NCBI RefSeq assembly: GCF_009914755.1
Contig: NC_060940.1
Direction: 5' to 3' (one strand)
From: the human T2T-CHM13v2.0 reference genome, Homo sapiens
DNA: 64,000 nt
Of the stretch, positions 13,845 to 26,854 are shown in pieces. Both the position numbers and the translations under genes were made by a program. Within the stretch, counting starts at the first letter, position 1. Each line of letters starts with the position of its first letter. The notes under the pieces were generated by a model. It was not told the DNA's origin and ran no database searches. It saw nothing but the letters and a program-made list of their open reading frames with translations.

Positions 13845-13995
13845 TTTTATTTTTACATGTTATTTATTTATTTTTTAATTGACAGGTAGTAATTTTGTGT
13901 ATTCATGGGGTACATAGTGATGTTTTAATATGTATACTGTATAGTGATCAGATCAGAGTAATTATCATATCCAATCAAACGTTTATTATTTGTGT
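13845..13995 (-). mobile_element. L1MA 3' terminal fragment
   Basis: T-rich tail then tattcatggggtacatagtgatgtttt..gtgatcagatcagagtaatta. Confidence 0.7.
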
Positions 13996-14168
13996 AATTT
14001 AAATGGCCTAAATGTACCAGTTAAAATACAGAGGTTGACAGCAGGCAGAAAACATAATACAACTACATGCTGTAGGTAAGAACTTATTTCCAATGGAGTA
14101 GTATAAGTAAATTGAAAGTGAAAGGATGGCAAATGATACATCATTAATCAAAAGAAAGTGGAGCAGGA

Positions 14169-14441
14169 GTGGCTATATTAAAATCAGATAAAATAGACTT
14201 CAAAACAAAGAAAATTACCAGGGACAGAGAGAAATATTACATAATAATAAAAGGGCCAGTTCACCAAGAAGATAAGACAACCCTAAATGTGTACGTACCT
14301 CACAACCGAGCTGCAAAAGATTCAAAACAAAAACTGATAGAGCTGAGCAGGGAAACAGACAAACCCATGATTGTACCTGGAGACTTCAAAATCCCTTTCT
14401 TTAACATTGATAGAACAATTAAAAAATCAGCAAGAATATAG
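14169..14441 (+). pseudogene. Degenerate LINE-1 ORF2p endonuclease fragment
   Basis: Translation AILKSDKIDFKTKKITRDREKYYIIIKG..QED..LNVYVP..GDF matches the L1 ORF2p EN segment (VAILVSDKTDFKP..RDKEGHYIMVKG..QEE..LNIYAP..GDFN). Confidence 0.85.
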
Positions 14442-14861
14442 AAGAATCATCAGTCAACAGGGTCCAAATGGCTTTTATGGAACACTCCACCCAACAACAG
14501 CAGAATCCACATTCTTTTAAAGTACCCAAGTAACACTTACCAAGAGAGTTCATAACCTGGGCCATAAAAAAAGACCTCAACATATTTATAAGGGCTGAAC
14601 TCATACAGATGACATCCTCTGACTCTATGGAATCAAACCAGAAATCAATGTAGAAAGATAATAGGAAAATCTCCAAACACATAAAAATTAACAACAGTTT
14701 TAAGTAACTAAGGGTCAAAGAGAAGTCTCAAGGGAAATAAAAAATGAATGAAAATAAGTAAATAAAAGGGCAGGCAAATGTCATGTATAATTACAGTGTA
14801 AAACTTAGTCAAAAGACCATGGACACTATCTCTAAATGTAAAGTGTTTCCTTCCCGGAAGA

Positions 14862-14894
14862 GAACAAAACAAAACAAAACAAAACAAAACAAAA
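14862..14894. repeat. (AAAAC)n microsatellite
   Basis: About 6 tandem pentamers. Confidence 0.9.
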
Positions 14895-15029
14895 GAACCT
14901 GGGAAGGAGGGGATGGAGAAAATACTGTGTACCAAATTCCAGTTCATATTCTTCTTTCCGGGGCACACGGAATACCATAATTCCCAGCTCCTTTTCAAGA
15001 GTTGTGAGTAAAAAAAAAATGATATATTC

Positions 15030-15480
15030 AAATTAGTATTATCCAAAGAAGTTTAGTTAAAGGGTGTAGGGAGATCACAAGGGATATTACAAAATAACAG
15101 GGTTGTTACTAATCCGAGGCTTGAAGGGGCAAGTGAAAGACTTGGTTAAAGACTGTGGAGAGGTGGGGAATGTGTAGAGAGAACCACCTGGAGAGGAGCT
15201 GTGACCTTCAGTCCAGTGTCCCAGCTTTGGCAAGGTGACCCAACAGCGGGGAGCCTGGAGAAATCCACCTTCCTCTCCTTCCTCCTCCCCTGATCTCCTG
15301 CCTGAATCCCAGTGCCCAAACTCAATGGAAGCCAGAACGTTGACTGTATGGCAAAGTGTCCCTTTGCTCTGTAATCCATACAGATCAGCCTAGCAGAGCA
15401 GAAGGCAAGGTGGGGAAAGGTTGATCAGAAATTAGCGGGTAGGGAAGGGGGATGTGGAAATAAATGGAAAGCTATTTGAG
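15030..15480 (-). mobile_element. Old ERVL LTR (LTR41-like)
   Basis: ggagaggagctgtgaccttc, ctcccctgatctcctgcc, ggaagccaga, tccatacagatcagcct. Confidence 0.45.
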
Positions 15481-15539
15481 TAGCAGAGAGACCCAGCGAC
15501 TGGGTGACAATCTCAGAGACATGTTTAAAATGGCAACAT

Positions 15540-15695
15540 CACTAGATGGGCTACTTGGAGAAGAGTTGCCAAAAGATGCTGCCCAAGCTCCCATTGACCA
15601 CGATGTGAGTGAGAAATAAACCTTCATTATATTAAGACTCTGAGAACTGGGGTTGTTTGTTAAAGCAGCTAGTGGTAATTACCCTTACCAATACA
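15540..15695 (+). mobile_element. MLT1H/I/J LTR 3' end
   Basis: atgtgagtgagaaataaacctt..ggggttgtttgttaaagcagc..aataca. Confidence 0.65.
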
Positions 15696-16154
15696 CTCAA
15701 TAAAGTCAGGGTCTCAAATTCTATTAATATGTGAAGTGGAATATTAAATGCACAGTCCAGTACTCAGGAGTAATTAAAAAGTGATTCCAATATTTACTTG
15801 TGTCTCCTGAAAAATGCCAATGGGGATATGACTCATAATTTTAGTGACTCCTCTCAAAAGCTGTTTATCACCAATGCAATCCTGTTTTGCCCAGATACTG
15901 GCATCCATCAAGCTTCGAAAACTCCCCCCAACTTTCAGTCTGTACAGGACTTTTTCATCTCCTCTTTCAGCCCTTTATAAGTGGGTTGTTTAGCCTCTCT
16001 TTTTGTTTTCCCCATCCTCCCTTTAGTCTTTTTTTTTTTTTTTTTAATCACAGAAGATCCCCGAATCTGGCCAAATACAGAGGGATGTGTAGGGCTTATA
16101 ATTAAGAGACGAAAACGGGAGGGACCCAGGGATAGGGCTAAAACACAGGACATG

Positions 16155-16500
16155 TGCCTGTCGCAGGCCGTCCTCCTTGGGAAGCAGTCTGAGACAGAGT
16201 TGACACGTAGCATGCTGATTGGCAAGGACGTTTTGGATGGACACTCATGGAAGGGAGAGGGAGGAAGAAGGATGGGCAGAGGGCAAGCCCAGCTGTGATG
16301 CAGGAGCTCTGGAGCCCGTATGTCCCATCAGTCTTGTCTTTCTTTGGGACAAAATGGCTTGGCCTTTATCCCTCTGCCTCCATCTATTGTTGATGGGGGT
16401 CGCCCAGGGAAGCAGGTGACCTCGAGTGAGGAGAATCCTGAAAGGGCTGACAGCTGAGGACTGAGGGCTGACAGCTTTCATCGCAGTTGGGACAACAAAT
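16155..16500 (-). mobile_element. LTR40-like ERVL LTR
   Basis: tgggaagcagtctgagacagag, gggcagaggggcaagcccagctgtgatgcag, gggctgacagctg. Confidence 0.65.
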
Positions 16501-17189
16501 CCTGCCTTGCAGAGAGACCTGGGCAACTGGTCTCTGCCCATCACCATGCAGAGGGACTGCGAGTGTGCTCGGGTGGGCTGCAGCTCTGGTTCTGAGCTGT
16601 CTGCAGTTTGTGTGGTCAGCGTTGCTGTGAAGATTGCTGTTGCTTCGTCCACGTTCTTCATTCTTTCTGTGCAATGCTTTGAGGCCCTTATACTGTGCCA
16701 CATTTGCCACTCCCTTGAAGAACCCCATCAGTATTTTTACTTTCAACAGGCCTGGCTGTCTGACCCTCAGCCTCTCTTTCCCTCCTACTTCAACACTGCC
16801 GGGTCCTTTCCTTGGGAACTGCATGCAGCCCCTGAAGTTTCTCCCTAGGCTCTCTGGGCCGCAGGGTTATAGAGAAGTGTGCTGCTGGCCTTGCTGTAAT
16901 TCATTGATTTCTTATTTTTACTGAAGGGCAGGATAATGACTGTAGTCACTGCAAGGACTTATTTATGGCTCTGTCCCTCCTGATTGTTAGCCTTAGGAGG
17001 CACTCTGGGGCTGTGGATAACTCGCCGGCCTCCTGATTGTATGTAATTAGGGCCTGGGTAGGAATAGCCTTTTAATTTCTCTTTTCCCAATGAGCCTGAT
17101 TTTTCAATTCTTGCAGTGACCCAGACCAGCCTTGTGTAAACTCCACTGGAGTCAAGCCCTTATGAGCCCCGAGAACAGGGGAATAAAGG

Positions 17190-17420
17190 CGGTGGAGCCC
17201 TGAAGCCTGCCTCTGCTTGGGTTTGAAACACAGATCAACCATCACTATGTATAGGGGCTGGGGAAATTTTATTAATCCATATACACTTCAGTTTCCTCAC
17301 TTATTAGACATGGATAATAACGCCTCCCAGTTATAGCTGCTGTGGGGAAAAATTTCCTTACCATGTGCTTAGCTCTGTACCTGACAATTAATAGGCATCC
17401 AAGCTGTGTCTATCGTGTCA
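17190..17420 (+). mobile_element. MIR
   Basis: Core cttcagtttcctcac..ggataataa. Confidence 0.6.
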
Positions 17421-17443
17421 TTGTCATTATTGCTATTTCCACT

Positions 17444-17487
17444 ATTTTTTTCCTTCAGCTTTTAAGTTCAGGGGTACACGTGCAGGA
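17444..17487 (-). mobile_element. 44-bp L1PA (about PA11-16) 3' tip
   Basis: ttttccttcagcttttaagttcaggggtacacgtgcagga between exact TSDs tatttccact (17434-43, 17488-97). Confidence 0.8.
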
Positions 17488-17569
17488 TATTTCCACTTTT
17501 CCTGAGAGAAAAGTGAAGCTCAGACTGCAGTGATTCTGACTGCTTTTAGCAGCTTCTGAGAATGTATTT

Positions 17570-17876
17570 CTTTTTTTTTTTGAGATAAAGTCTACCTCTG
17601 TCGCCGAGGGTGGAGTGCAGTGGTGTGATCTCGGCTCGCAGCAACCTCTGCAGCCCGGGTTCAATTGATTCTCCTGCCTTAGCCTCCTGAGTAGCTGGGA
17701 TTACAGGCGTGTGTGACCACGACCAGCTGATTTTTTTTTTTTTTTGTATCTTTAGTACAGACAGGGTTTCACCATCTTGGCCAGGCTGGTCTTGAACTCC
17801 TGACCTCGTGATCCACCTGCCTCGGCCTCCCAGATCCACCAGCTGGGATTACGGGAGTGAGTCACTGCACCCGGCC
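17570..17876 (-). mobile_element. AluSg-type (Sg4-like)
   Basis: accatcttggccagg, gacctcgtgatcc. TSD gagaatgtattt at 17558-69 and 17877-88. Confidence 0.95.
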
Positions 17877-18222
17877 GAGAATGTATTTTTTCACCAACTT
17901 TGTTTTTGGTACTGTTTTCCCCAACCTGCCTCTAGTTGTAATGCCCTAGTAAAATCCTACAACCATTCTAATGCCAACTTCAATTGCAGTGCCCCCAGAG
18001 AGCTCCTTTTGAACCCTTGGTTCAGTTTTGTTCTCACTGGTTGTGACCAGTGCTCATTGGCTATGGCCCTCCTGGTTACGGAGCTCCCTGACTCTACCGA
18101 ATACCCAATCTCCGAGGGGAACAAAGTAGGCTAAGGCAAGAAGTGTGAAACTATTCAAGGGAGTAGTTTCTGGATAGTTGTCAATATTTAATGGCCCTCT
18201 CCACATCTTTAGCCTCACTTCT

Positions 18223-18538
18223 TGTGATGGTTAATACTGTCAACTTGATTGGATGGAAGGTTGCAGAGTATCGATCCTGGATGTGTCTGTGAAAGTGTTC
18301 CCAAAAGAGATTAACATTTGAGTCAGTGGACTGGGAAAGGCAGACCTATCCTTTATCTGGGTGGGCCCCATGTAATCAGCTGCCAGCATGGCCAGAATAA
18401 AAAGCAGGCAGAAGGGTGTGAAGAGACTAGACTGGCTTAGCCTGCCAGCCTACATCTTTCTCCCATGCTGAATGCTTCCTGACCTTGAATGTTGGACTCC
18501 AAGTTCTTCAGCTTTGGGACTCAGATTGGCTTCCTTGC
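18223..18538 (+). mobile_element. MLT2A1 (HERV-L) LTR, 3'-truncated
   Basis: Starts TGTGATGGTTAATACTG, contains gagattaacatttgagtcagtgg, stops abruptly at ggcttccttgc. Confidence 0.9.
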
Positions 18539-18589
18539 AAAATGCAGTCAGTCTCATATGATCAAGATTCCATAGAAAAACAAAACAGC

Positions 18590-19330
18590 TTTTCTGATGG
18601 CGAGAGTGGGGAAGGAGTTCTTGGTAGAGAATGTGGCACTTTAGTTTGACCTGGAAGAATGGGTGAAATTTCAACTGGTAGCAGTGGAGACAGGTCCTTC
18701 CAGGCTAAGGAAGGAGCAGGAACAATGGCAACAGGAGTGATTGTAAGGTGTAATGTCGGGACATTTCATGCATCCACGTGCAGCTTGAAATAGTGGGAAG
18801 TGAGGCTGCATAGCTAGTTATCACAACGAAGGCCAAAGCTAGATAAAAAGTGTGAACTACTTTTGGTAGAAGATCTGAAACTATTGAGACATTCTGAGTG
18901 TCTGAGTGACATCAGCAGAGCTGTGCTTTTGGCAGATTTATTTGGTAATGTTGTGCAGAATTTTTTTTCCAGGTAGAGACCAAAAGTAGATTAAAGACTC
19001 TCGAGAGTAAGGTGAGATATCTGGCTGGCCCAGCCCATTGGAAATGGGACTGCACACGGGAAGAGTGTGAGGGTATTTAAGAAGCTGGATGTGTACAACT
19101 TGGATGGTCAGGTAGAGAGAGGTTTTGAATCCAAGTAAATGGTGAAGCCTTTACTGAACAGAAAAATTATGGAGGAAGACAATGAGTTTTACTTTAGCAA
19201 AAGAAATTAAAAGCAAGAGCACCTGGAAGGAGGAGTGGACAGCAGTAGGAATGCAGAGCTGGAGCACAACGGTTCATCAGGGTTGGTGCCAGAGGTTGGA
19301 TTAATTGCCTTTGGAGCTTGTAGGGAAGAA
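18590..19330 (-). mobile_element. L2 fragment
   Basis: Purine-rich L2 antisense motifs (gagtgacatcagcagagctgtgctttt, aatgagttttacttt). Confidence 0.55.
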
Positions 19331-22114
19331 TAGCAGAAAGATGGAAAGCTGGTGGTTCTGTTGTTTAGTGTATAGACTTCTTTTATCTTATGAGGGCCCC
19401 ATTAGCTGACAGCTTTCCTGGCCTGAAGACAAAGTGAAACCAATTACCTTGATTGACTGAGGCACCCAAAAACATTTAGAGAGGACTAGCTTCCTTCCAC
19501 CCCCAAGGCTAGAATGTGGATGCAGGGTATTTGCTTTACTAATCATGGTTACTTCTTTCCATCACCCAGGTAGGGTGTCCAGGAGACAGCGTTCTTCCTG
19601 CCCTTGCTCCTGTCAGATAGACAATGAAGGACCAGAGTGTTGTTTCAAAGTACATTTCTTTCTGGAGTCCCAGAAGGAAACAAACACTCCCTAGTTGTGT
19701 GACAACCCAGAAGGCAGGAACGTTAGTCGAGGGTGAGACCAAGTCCTGAGGCACACAGGAGCCATAGATCACCTCATCTTCTCGGGAGACTAGCTGAGAC
19801 CATTGTCCCAGAGTCCTTGGGAGTTTACAGTTTTGTATTAAATTTAAGCATTTCCTTTTGATGAAGTATTTTATGATGGGCATTGTAAATTACTCTAAGG
19901 AAACTTTTTAGTCACCAAGAATTTATGGCAATGATAAATTTGGGCAACATCATTTTTAGTGTCTCTATGAATGAACACTTTCAAAATTTCCCCAGGTTGT
20001 AGTCAAAGGTAGAGACTCCTGGTGATTATTTTTATATTTCCATGTCTCAAAGTGGCTTCTTTTATTAAGATTCCCAAGAATAAGACTTATGATTTATCTT
20101 CATGACATATTAACAGCCAGTCATACCAAATACATTTTTCTTTCTTATGTACCCGAAAGTATATTCTTGCTGTCAGCCTTTGGGGTACCATGAATTTCAA
20201 AAAGTTCTCTGGCGTTTTTGCTAAACATGGAACATTTTTTAGCTTTGTGAGTTATCAAAATAGTTAGAGGTTCTGGAGAGAAAAAGAAACAGAAATGAAG
20301 TCAGAATGGTGTCTTATCAGTAAGAAATAAGAAAATGTGCAATTCATCCTGTGACCTTCATTTATAAAATGACTGAAATGGACTAATGTTTATGGGGAAT
20401 CCTGTGAATGAGCTAACACAATTTGTAGTTGACCAAAATTGGACTCAGTGGCCATACCTGCTATTTCGAATATAAAAGAGAGTTCATGTTTCACATTAAA
20501 AATTATTTTCAAGGCAGTGTCATTTTGGAAAGAAATGAAATTATTTGAATTTCACAGGGTCCTTTAGTGTTTATCTCTTGGACTTCACTTCTTGGATATG
20601 TTTGCAGCAGAAAAAGTAATCAAATCACTAGCCACTTCGGATTTTCCCAAAAGTAGATGAGTCATTCCTAACTCATTGGAGGAGGGAAGCATCTTTCATC
20701 TTTGCAAAAAAACCCACCTTTCTTATTTTATATAACATAATTTGTCTCATCTTCTGTATGTAAGCTCTCATATTTGAATTCAGAGGTCCTAATAGCAAGT
20801 TAAAACTATGCAACATGTCCCTTGGGTATTTCATAGGCATCATCTCCACACAACTAGTTAAGAATTTTTATGTCTCTCTGTCACATTTCATTTTGACCTT
20901 CAATTTTTAATTTGAATTCTTATAAATAGAAGCAAAAATGCATGACAGGAAAGGGAGAAACAGAGAAGCAAGGGGATTTATGCATGTGGGTAGTCGCCTC
21001 TTGGTGTTTCTGTTCTGAAGAGGAGATTTCCCTGTTTTTTTTTTTTTTTTAAATGGGAAAAAGAGGACAGAATGTGGAGATTCAAGAGTGTGCAGTGGAG
21101 TTTGGATTTACTCTCACGTGTCCTGATGTGCCATCACCATGCTTTTGCGCTCCGTGGAAGAAATTGCCTGGATTTCTGCACAGAACAGAAGTTCTGGCAC
21201 AAGTTCTTGACATAAAATTACTGCTCTATCGATATTTGTTGAATAAATCAGCTCATCAAAATGAGTTGGAGTTTAAATTGTAATTGCATCCTGAATAGAG
21301 TACATAAATAAATAAATAGATAAATGAAAAAGGCTATTCTTCCTGGATGTTGTTGCGGCCAGGACATGGAAACTGACTTAGCTTTGCCAAGGAACCTGGT
21401 GGATGCTATTGCATCTCCAAAGTCACTAGAATTGGCTCGAGGTTCTGGAACTCACTTGAATGAACCAGAACAGGTTTGAAAGCTATAGAGCTCAGTTTTT
21501 AAAAAGCGTACCCTGTTTGTTATTCATTGATTGTTCATTTATTTATCCTTCACTTACTAGTTCTACACATTCATGAATTTTGGTACTGAGCAGGTGCTTC
21601 TTTGATGTGTTGCTTCAGTAAGTTATTCTATTTTATGTACTTTTATTATAAGTATACTAAGGATTTCCTGGCCAGTTATTGCCCATCTGGTACCTTCCAA
21701 TGTCTATTCTTTCTTCCTCACAACCTAGAATTCCTCACCCACTTCAGACTGGTGGTGAGCAAGTGTGTATGTGTGTAGAGTGGGCTGGGCCCTCAGTAAC
21801 AATGACTGGATGTGGGGCACTGATATGAGCCAGTAGGTTTGGTGAAAGCACTGAAATACATCCAGGGCTAGATGGCCTTGGGAAATGAAACAGACTGTGG
21901 GGCCAAATCAAACCCCACCTTAGGGTCTAAAATCAGAGCACAAAATAGATATCACATGGAGTCCAAATGACCCTTGACAATCCTTTGAACTGTTCACAGA
22001 GTTCTGAATATGTCACCTCCTCTGAGCACATTGGGAAACTACATGACACTTCCCAATGAGCCGTCCCCAACCAGTGTTCCTCCAGGGTCTCTGTCTCCCC
22101 CAAGACTCCCTGTC

Positions 22115-22174
22115 CCCCATTCCTGCAATTTTCCAACCCCTCTTCCCCATTCCTGCAACCCTCCAACCCCTCTT
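22115..22174. repeat. 30-bp tandem duplication
   Basis: ccccattcctgcaaYYYtccaacccctctt x2, 3 mismatches. Confidence 0.9.
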
Positions 22175-22298
22175 CTCTCCTTCCTCTTTGGTCGGGTGCA
22201 TATATTTGAATTTGTGTAAATTAACTATAACGTTAGACCTTGGAATCTAGACTTATAAAGTTCAAAAGTACTGGGGAAAGTATAAGGAACAGTTCATA

Positions 22299-22676
<378 letters not shown>

Positions 22677-22963
22677 TCACCTGTTGGACTTGAAGTCCTA
22701 GAGCATGGAGGGAAGGCCGGCCAGGCAGAGCTCTTTCTAACATTTCTGCTCACTGGCTCAGGAGTGTCCTCATCCACAGTTCCAAGTTGATTGGACAACA
22801 AGAATGAGGAGTAAAAAGAGAAGGGAGGAAATATACCAGAGCCCATACACAGTCATCCATAACCCCTCTCCCTGTGTTTATTATCAATGTGGAATTGAAC
22901 GTTGTAGGATTTCTTGACTTACATTTTTATAAAACTGCGTATTGCAAGGGTATACTGTACTTA

Positions 22964-23407
<444 letters not shown>

Positions 23408-23479
23408 TTAATAATAGTGTAAAGTATTATAGAGAAAAATAAAATTCTGTCATCCTGATGTAACAGTTCTTTTTTATTA

Positions 23480-24260
23480 TTATTCTCCTTCCCTCTTTTC
23501 TTCCTTCCTTCTTTCCCTTACTTTCCCTTCTTCCCCTTCCCTTCCTTTTGTTCCCTTCCTTCCTTTCTTCTCTTCCATATTTATGCTGTGTCTACTCTCT
23601 CCAGATGCTGTTCTAGGGCCTGAGGATACAGCATGACAAAACAAAGATTTCTGCCCTTCTGGGGATTACAGATATTAAGTAACAAACATAAAAATAAGTA
23701 AATAGTATGTGAAGCTTTACATTTTATTAGACAAAAGAGTCACCTAGGGGAATATGGTGTGAGAGTGCCAGGGGGAGGGTGGCAGGTAATGTTATTAAGG
23801 ACAGTGGTCAGGACAGGTGACCTAGTAGTCAAAACTTCAAAGAAATGAGGGAGGTTGCTGCACGGATGTATGAAAAAAGAGCAGAGAGAACTGAAACCAC
23901 AAAAGCCTTGAAGAAGGAGCTTTTCTGGAAAGTTCCAGGAATAGCAAAGAGGCCCATGTAGCTGGAGCAAAATGAGTGATGGGATAAGGGTATAGGAGAA
24001 GAAATAAGAAAGATGAGATGGAGCCCCATCATGTAGACCTTGAGGGTGTTGCCTGTGTGAGCGGAGTTAAGCTGAGAAGCTGAAAGAAGGCGCATGTTTA
24101 AGGCATCCTTCTGGCTGCTGTATGGAGAAAGGGTGGAGGAAGGGTAAGGAGGGCAGCAGAGGGAGCAGCAGGGAGCCACTGCAGAAATCCAAGCAGTGGG
24201 TAATTATCCAATGGATAAGTCAATCCATTATCCAAAAGATGGTGGTGGCTGGGCCAAGGC
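23480..24260 (-). mobile_element. L2a 3' region with pyrimidine low-complexity tail
   Basis: (CTTC)-rich tract then tgctgttctagggcctgaggatacagca, gttccaggaatagcaaagaggcccatgtagctggagca. Confidence 0.75.
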
Positions 24261-25779
24261 AAAGCACTGGTTCAAACACACCTGTTGTGCATGGCTCTAA
24301 ATGCAATGCCCTTGACTTCATGACTTCGTGACTCAGCCAGTGTGCATAATACTGAAAAACAGTATATAGGTCAGTAACCCTAGCAACTTAGCTGTCAGTC
24401 TTCTCCTTAGCACTCCTTTCAAAGGGCCTGTAATTTTGGGAAGGGGCATGTCTTAGAGAGTTTTGCTAATTCATTGCCTGAGTGATGTCTGGCAGAGAAT
24501 ATCCATGCATTTATCAAAGTCCTGCTAATGAACATATTAATGAAACATTAATATTATTGTTTGCTGCTTCAAGAATCACATGCTACGTCCATTTACCTTC
24601 ATGAAATCTGGTAAGCTAAATGTATTTGAGATTATGAGATTGTTTTATGCCTAATTTATTTTATAAACTACATATGTAAATCATATCACTCTCACATGCA
24701 ATTTCAGTTGAGAGGGTAACGACGATGTTGCCATAATTGAGACATTCTAACTTGGGGGGTGCCCACAGAACTGCTGAGTTGCATGCCATTTCTATTTTTT
24801 AGTTGTTTTTAGTTTTAAAAATAACTTCCAGAGTGTCATTTTTGTAATTCTAATTTCAATTTATAGTCTAAACATTGCAATGAGCTTTGGGGGGTATTGC
24901 AGCTTTCTTTGGGTCTTTGTCTGCTAATGTTTCTATTACTGCATCTATAGTGAAACAAGAACATTTTTTTAAAAACTTCTGACATAAGCATTTTTCTAAA
25001 TGTGCTCTATTGTGGGGCACCAAACACCACAGGGAAGCTTAGCACTGTTGTTGTTTTGGGTAGTGATGTTATTATGGTGGTGGGAGCTTTACATCTTTTC
25101 CACTTTTTTCCAAGGCAAGTGGAATAAGATAGGGATCTGTGTACCCTGATCGTATAATTCCAGTATTGGAGAGAATCTTAAAGATGATCTAGCCCAAGCC
25201 TTGTATTTTACAGATGGGAAAACTGAGGCTCAGTCTGGTGAATTAACTTAATGAAGAATCAGTACTTACAACGTGTTTTCCTGATATTATTAAAACATCG
25301 ACAGTGTCACACCCAGCTATAGTCTGGGTCTGGCCTCGAAAGAGGAATGGCATTTAGGTCGACAGGGAATTCTTGTGAGGTTTTATTCCTTTCCCCTTAT
25401 CTTTGCTGTAGTAATCTGTCAAAAGAACCATTATTCAGGTTTGAAAGGACACCTTCAGCTTGTAAAAGGCAAAAGAGAAGGGGTTTAAGGTAACTATTCT
25501 TTCCTTAGAGTTAGGTTGCCAAATGATGCAGAAACCATTCTTCCAAAGCTGAAGTAAGATGTCGTGTCTTGCTATGCATTGTCATTCTTTAGAGATTGAG
25601 CAACCCTCCCTGCTAGGGAACCACAGACTTACAATTCATGGCTCGCAGGGAAAGTCGTGCCCTCTATAATAGACAATAATGACTATAATAAAATAAGGCC
25701 ACAGCTCAGACAGCAGAGAAGCAACACTGTTGGCAATGCGGGTGTAAGCATGGCCTAACTGATGATCATGCTATCTGGG

Positions 25780-25960
25780 TCCTGGATAGGGTGCAAATTC
25801 TGGTGCTGCTTACTCTAGCTGATCTTGGACAAGACTTTGGGCCTCTGTTTTCTCATTTGTAAAGTGGGAATGATAGTGCATACCTCATCAGGCAAGAAGG
25901 CAGTCAAGTGACAGAGTGGGAGAGAAGAGTTCCATGTGATATCTGGCAGCATGTGGTGCC
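25780..25960 (+). mobile_element. MIR
   Basis: gatcttggacaag..ggcctctgttttctcatttgtaaagtggg. Confidence 0.7.
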
Positions 25961-26477
25961 TACTCACAGTTCTTCCTTGGCCTAATGTCCCGAAACCTCT
26001 GATAAACAGTGCAGCACGGTCAGCTGAGAACCCTGCTGGGGGCAATGAGAGTCTGGTCAGTGAGGAGATTGAGAGGTCTGCTCTTTCAGTGACTATTTTT
26101 GAGAAATATTGAGTTTTATCAGCCACAGATTTGTCAGTGTAGCTGTAGTGGCAGTGAACATGGGAGTTCTGGATTAATGTAAATTTAGGGTTTCCCAAGA
26201 CAAGGCTGTCTCCTGTTGTACATAACTACCGTGTTGATTAGAGTATTAGGCATTGTGCAATGTGGCCTGTGCCTTTTCTTTCCTTTGTTTCCCCTTTGTT
26301 TTTGGGCTGAGTTGGCAGCTTGTGAGTACAAGCCTTTGGGTCTCTCTGTTATTATGGCCTCTTGCTGATTTCTGCCTCTGAGCTCTGGGCATGATCTGGT
26401 AGCAGCATCTTGAAGGTGTGATGATCTTTGTGTCTTTTCATTCAGGGAAGGGGGCATTGCCCCCAGTGAGCTACTAG

Positions 26478-26854
26478 TGTAGCAGGTGCTTCAGCATGCT
26501 GGAAGGACTGCTGACACCAGCCGTGGACGTCAGCAGGCTTCGGGAATTGCCTGGGCTGAAGAGCACCATGTCACCCAGGACAGTTCACATCCAATAACTG
26601 GTTGATGCACGAGCTAGAAAGGCCTGGCCTATCACACTGTCTTGGGACAATGCTGAAGAGCCATCCTGGGTTCACAGCTCCCTGTGGGGTCCACTGAGGC
26701 TTTGTTGAGACCCTCTCAGCTCAGTTTCCTTCACGCCTGATCCTGCATTCATGCCTTTCCTCACAGGCGGCAATCCCAGAAGCACTAGCTAAGAAGCTTC
26801 CCAGATGCTCATCTCCGGCTCAGAGTCTGTTTCTCAGGGGCCCTGATGTAAGAC
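26478..26854 (+). mobile_element. LTR40-like ERVL LTR
   Basis: TG..CA ends; gggaattgcctgggctgaagag, cagctccctgtggggtc, ctcagagtctgtttc. Confidence 0.65.

Larger units (their letters stand above)
11480..14790 (+). mobile_element. Old L1M (L1MD/MC-like) 5' region, ORF1 and ORF2 endonuclease remnant
   Basis: A-rich ORF1-like sequence (aaatccatgccaagacacatcatagccaaacttctgaaa, gaaggagaaatcaagacattc) and ORF2 EN homology at 14.0-14.7 kb. Interrupted by an Alu, MER2 and an L1MA piece. Confidence 0.85.

Noticed and set aside
21182-21197. GRE-like AGAACAgaAGTTCT
   Set aside because: Wrong spacer length for the 15-bp palindromic element.
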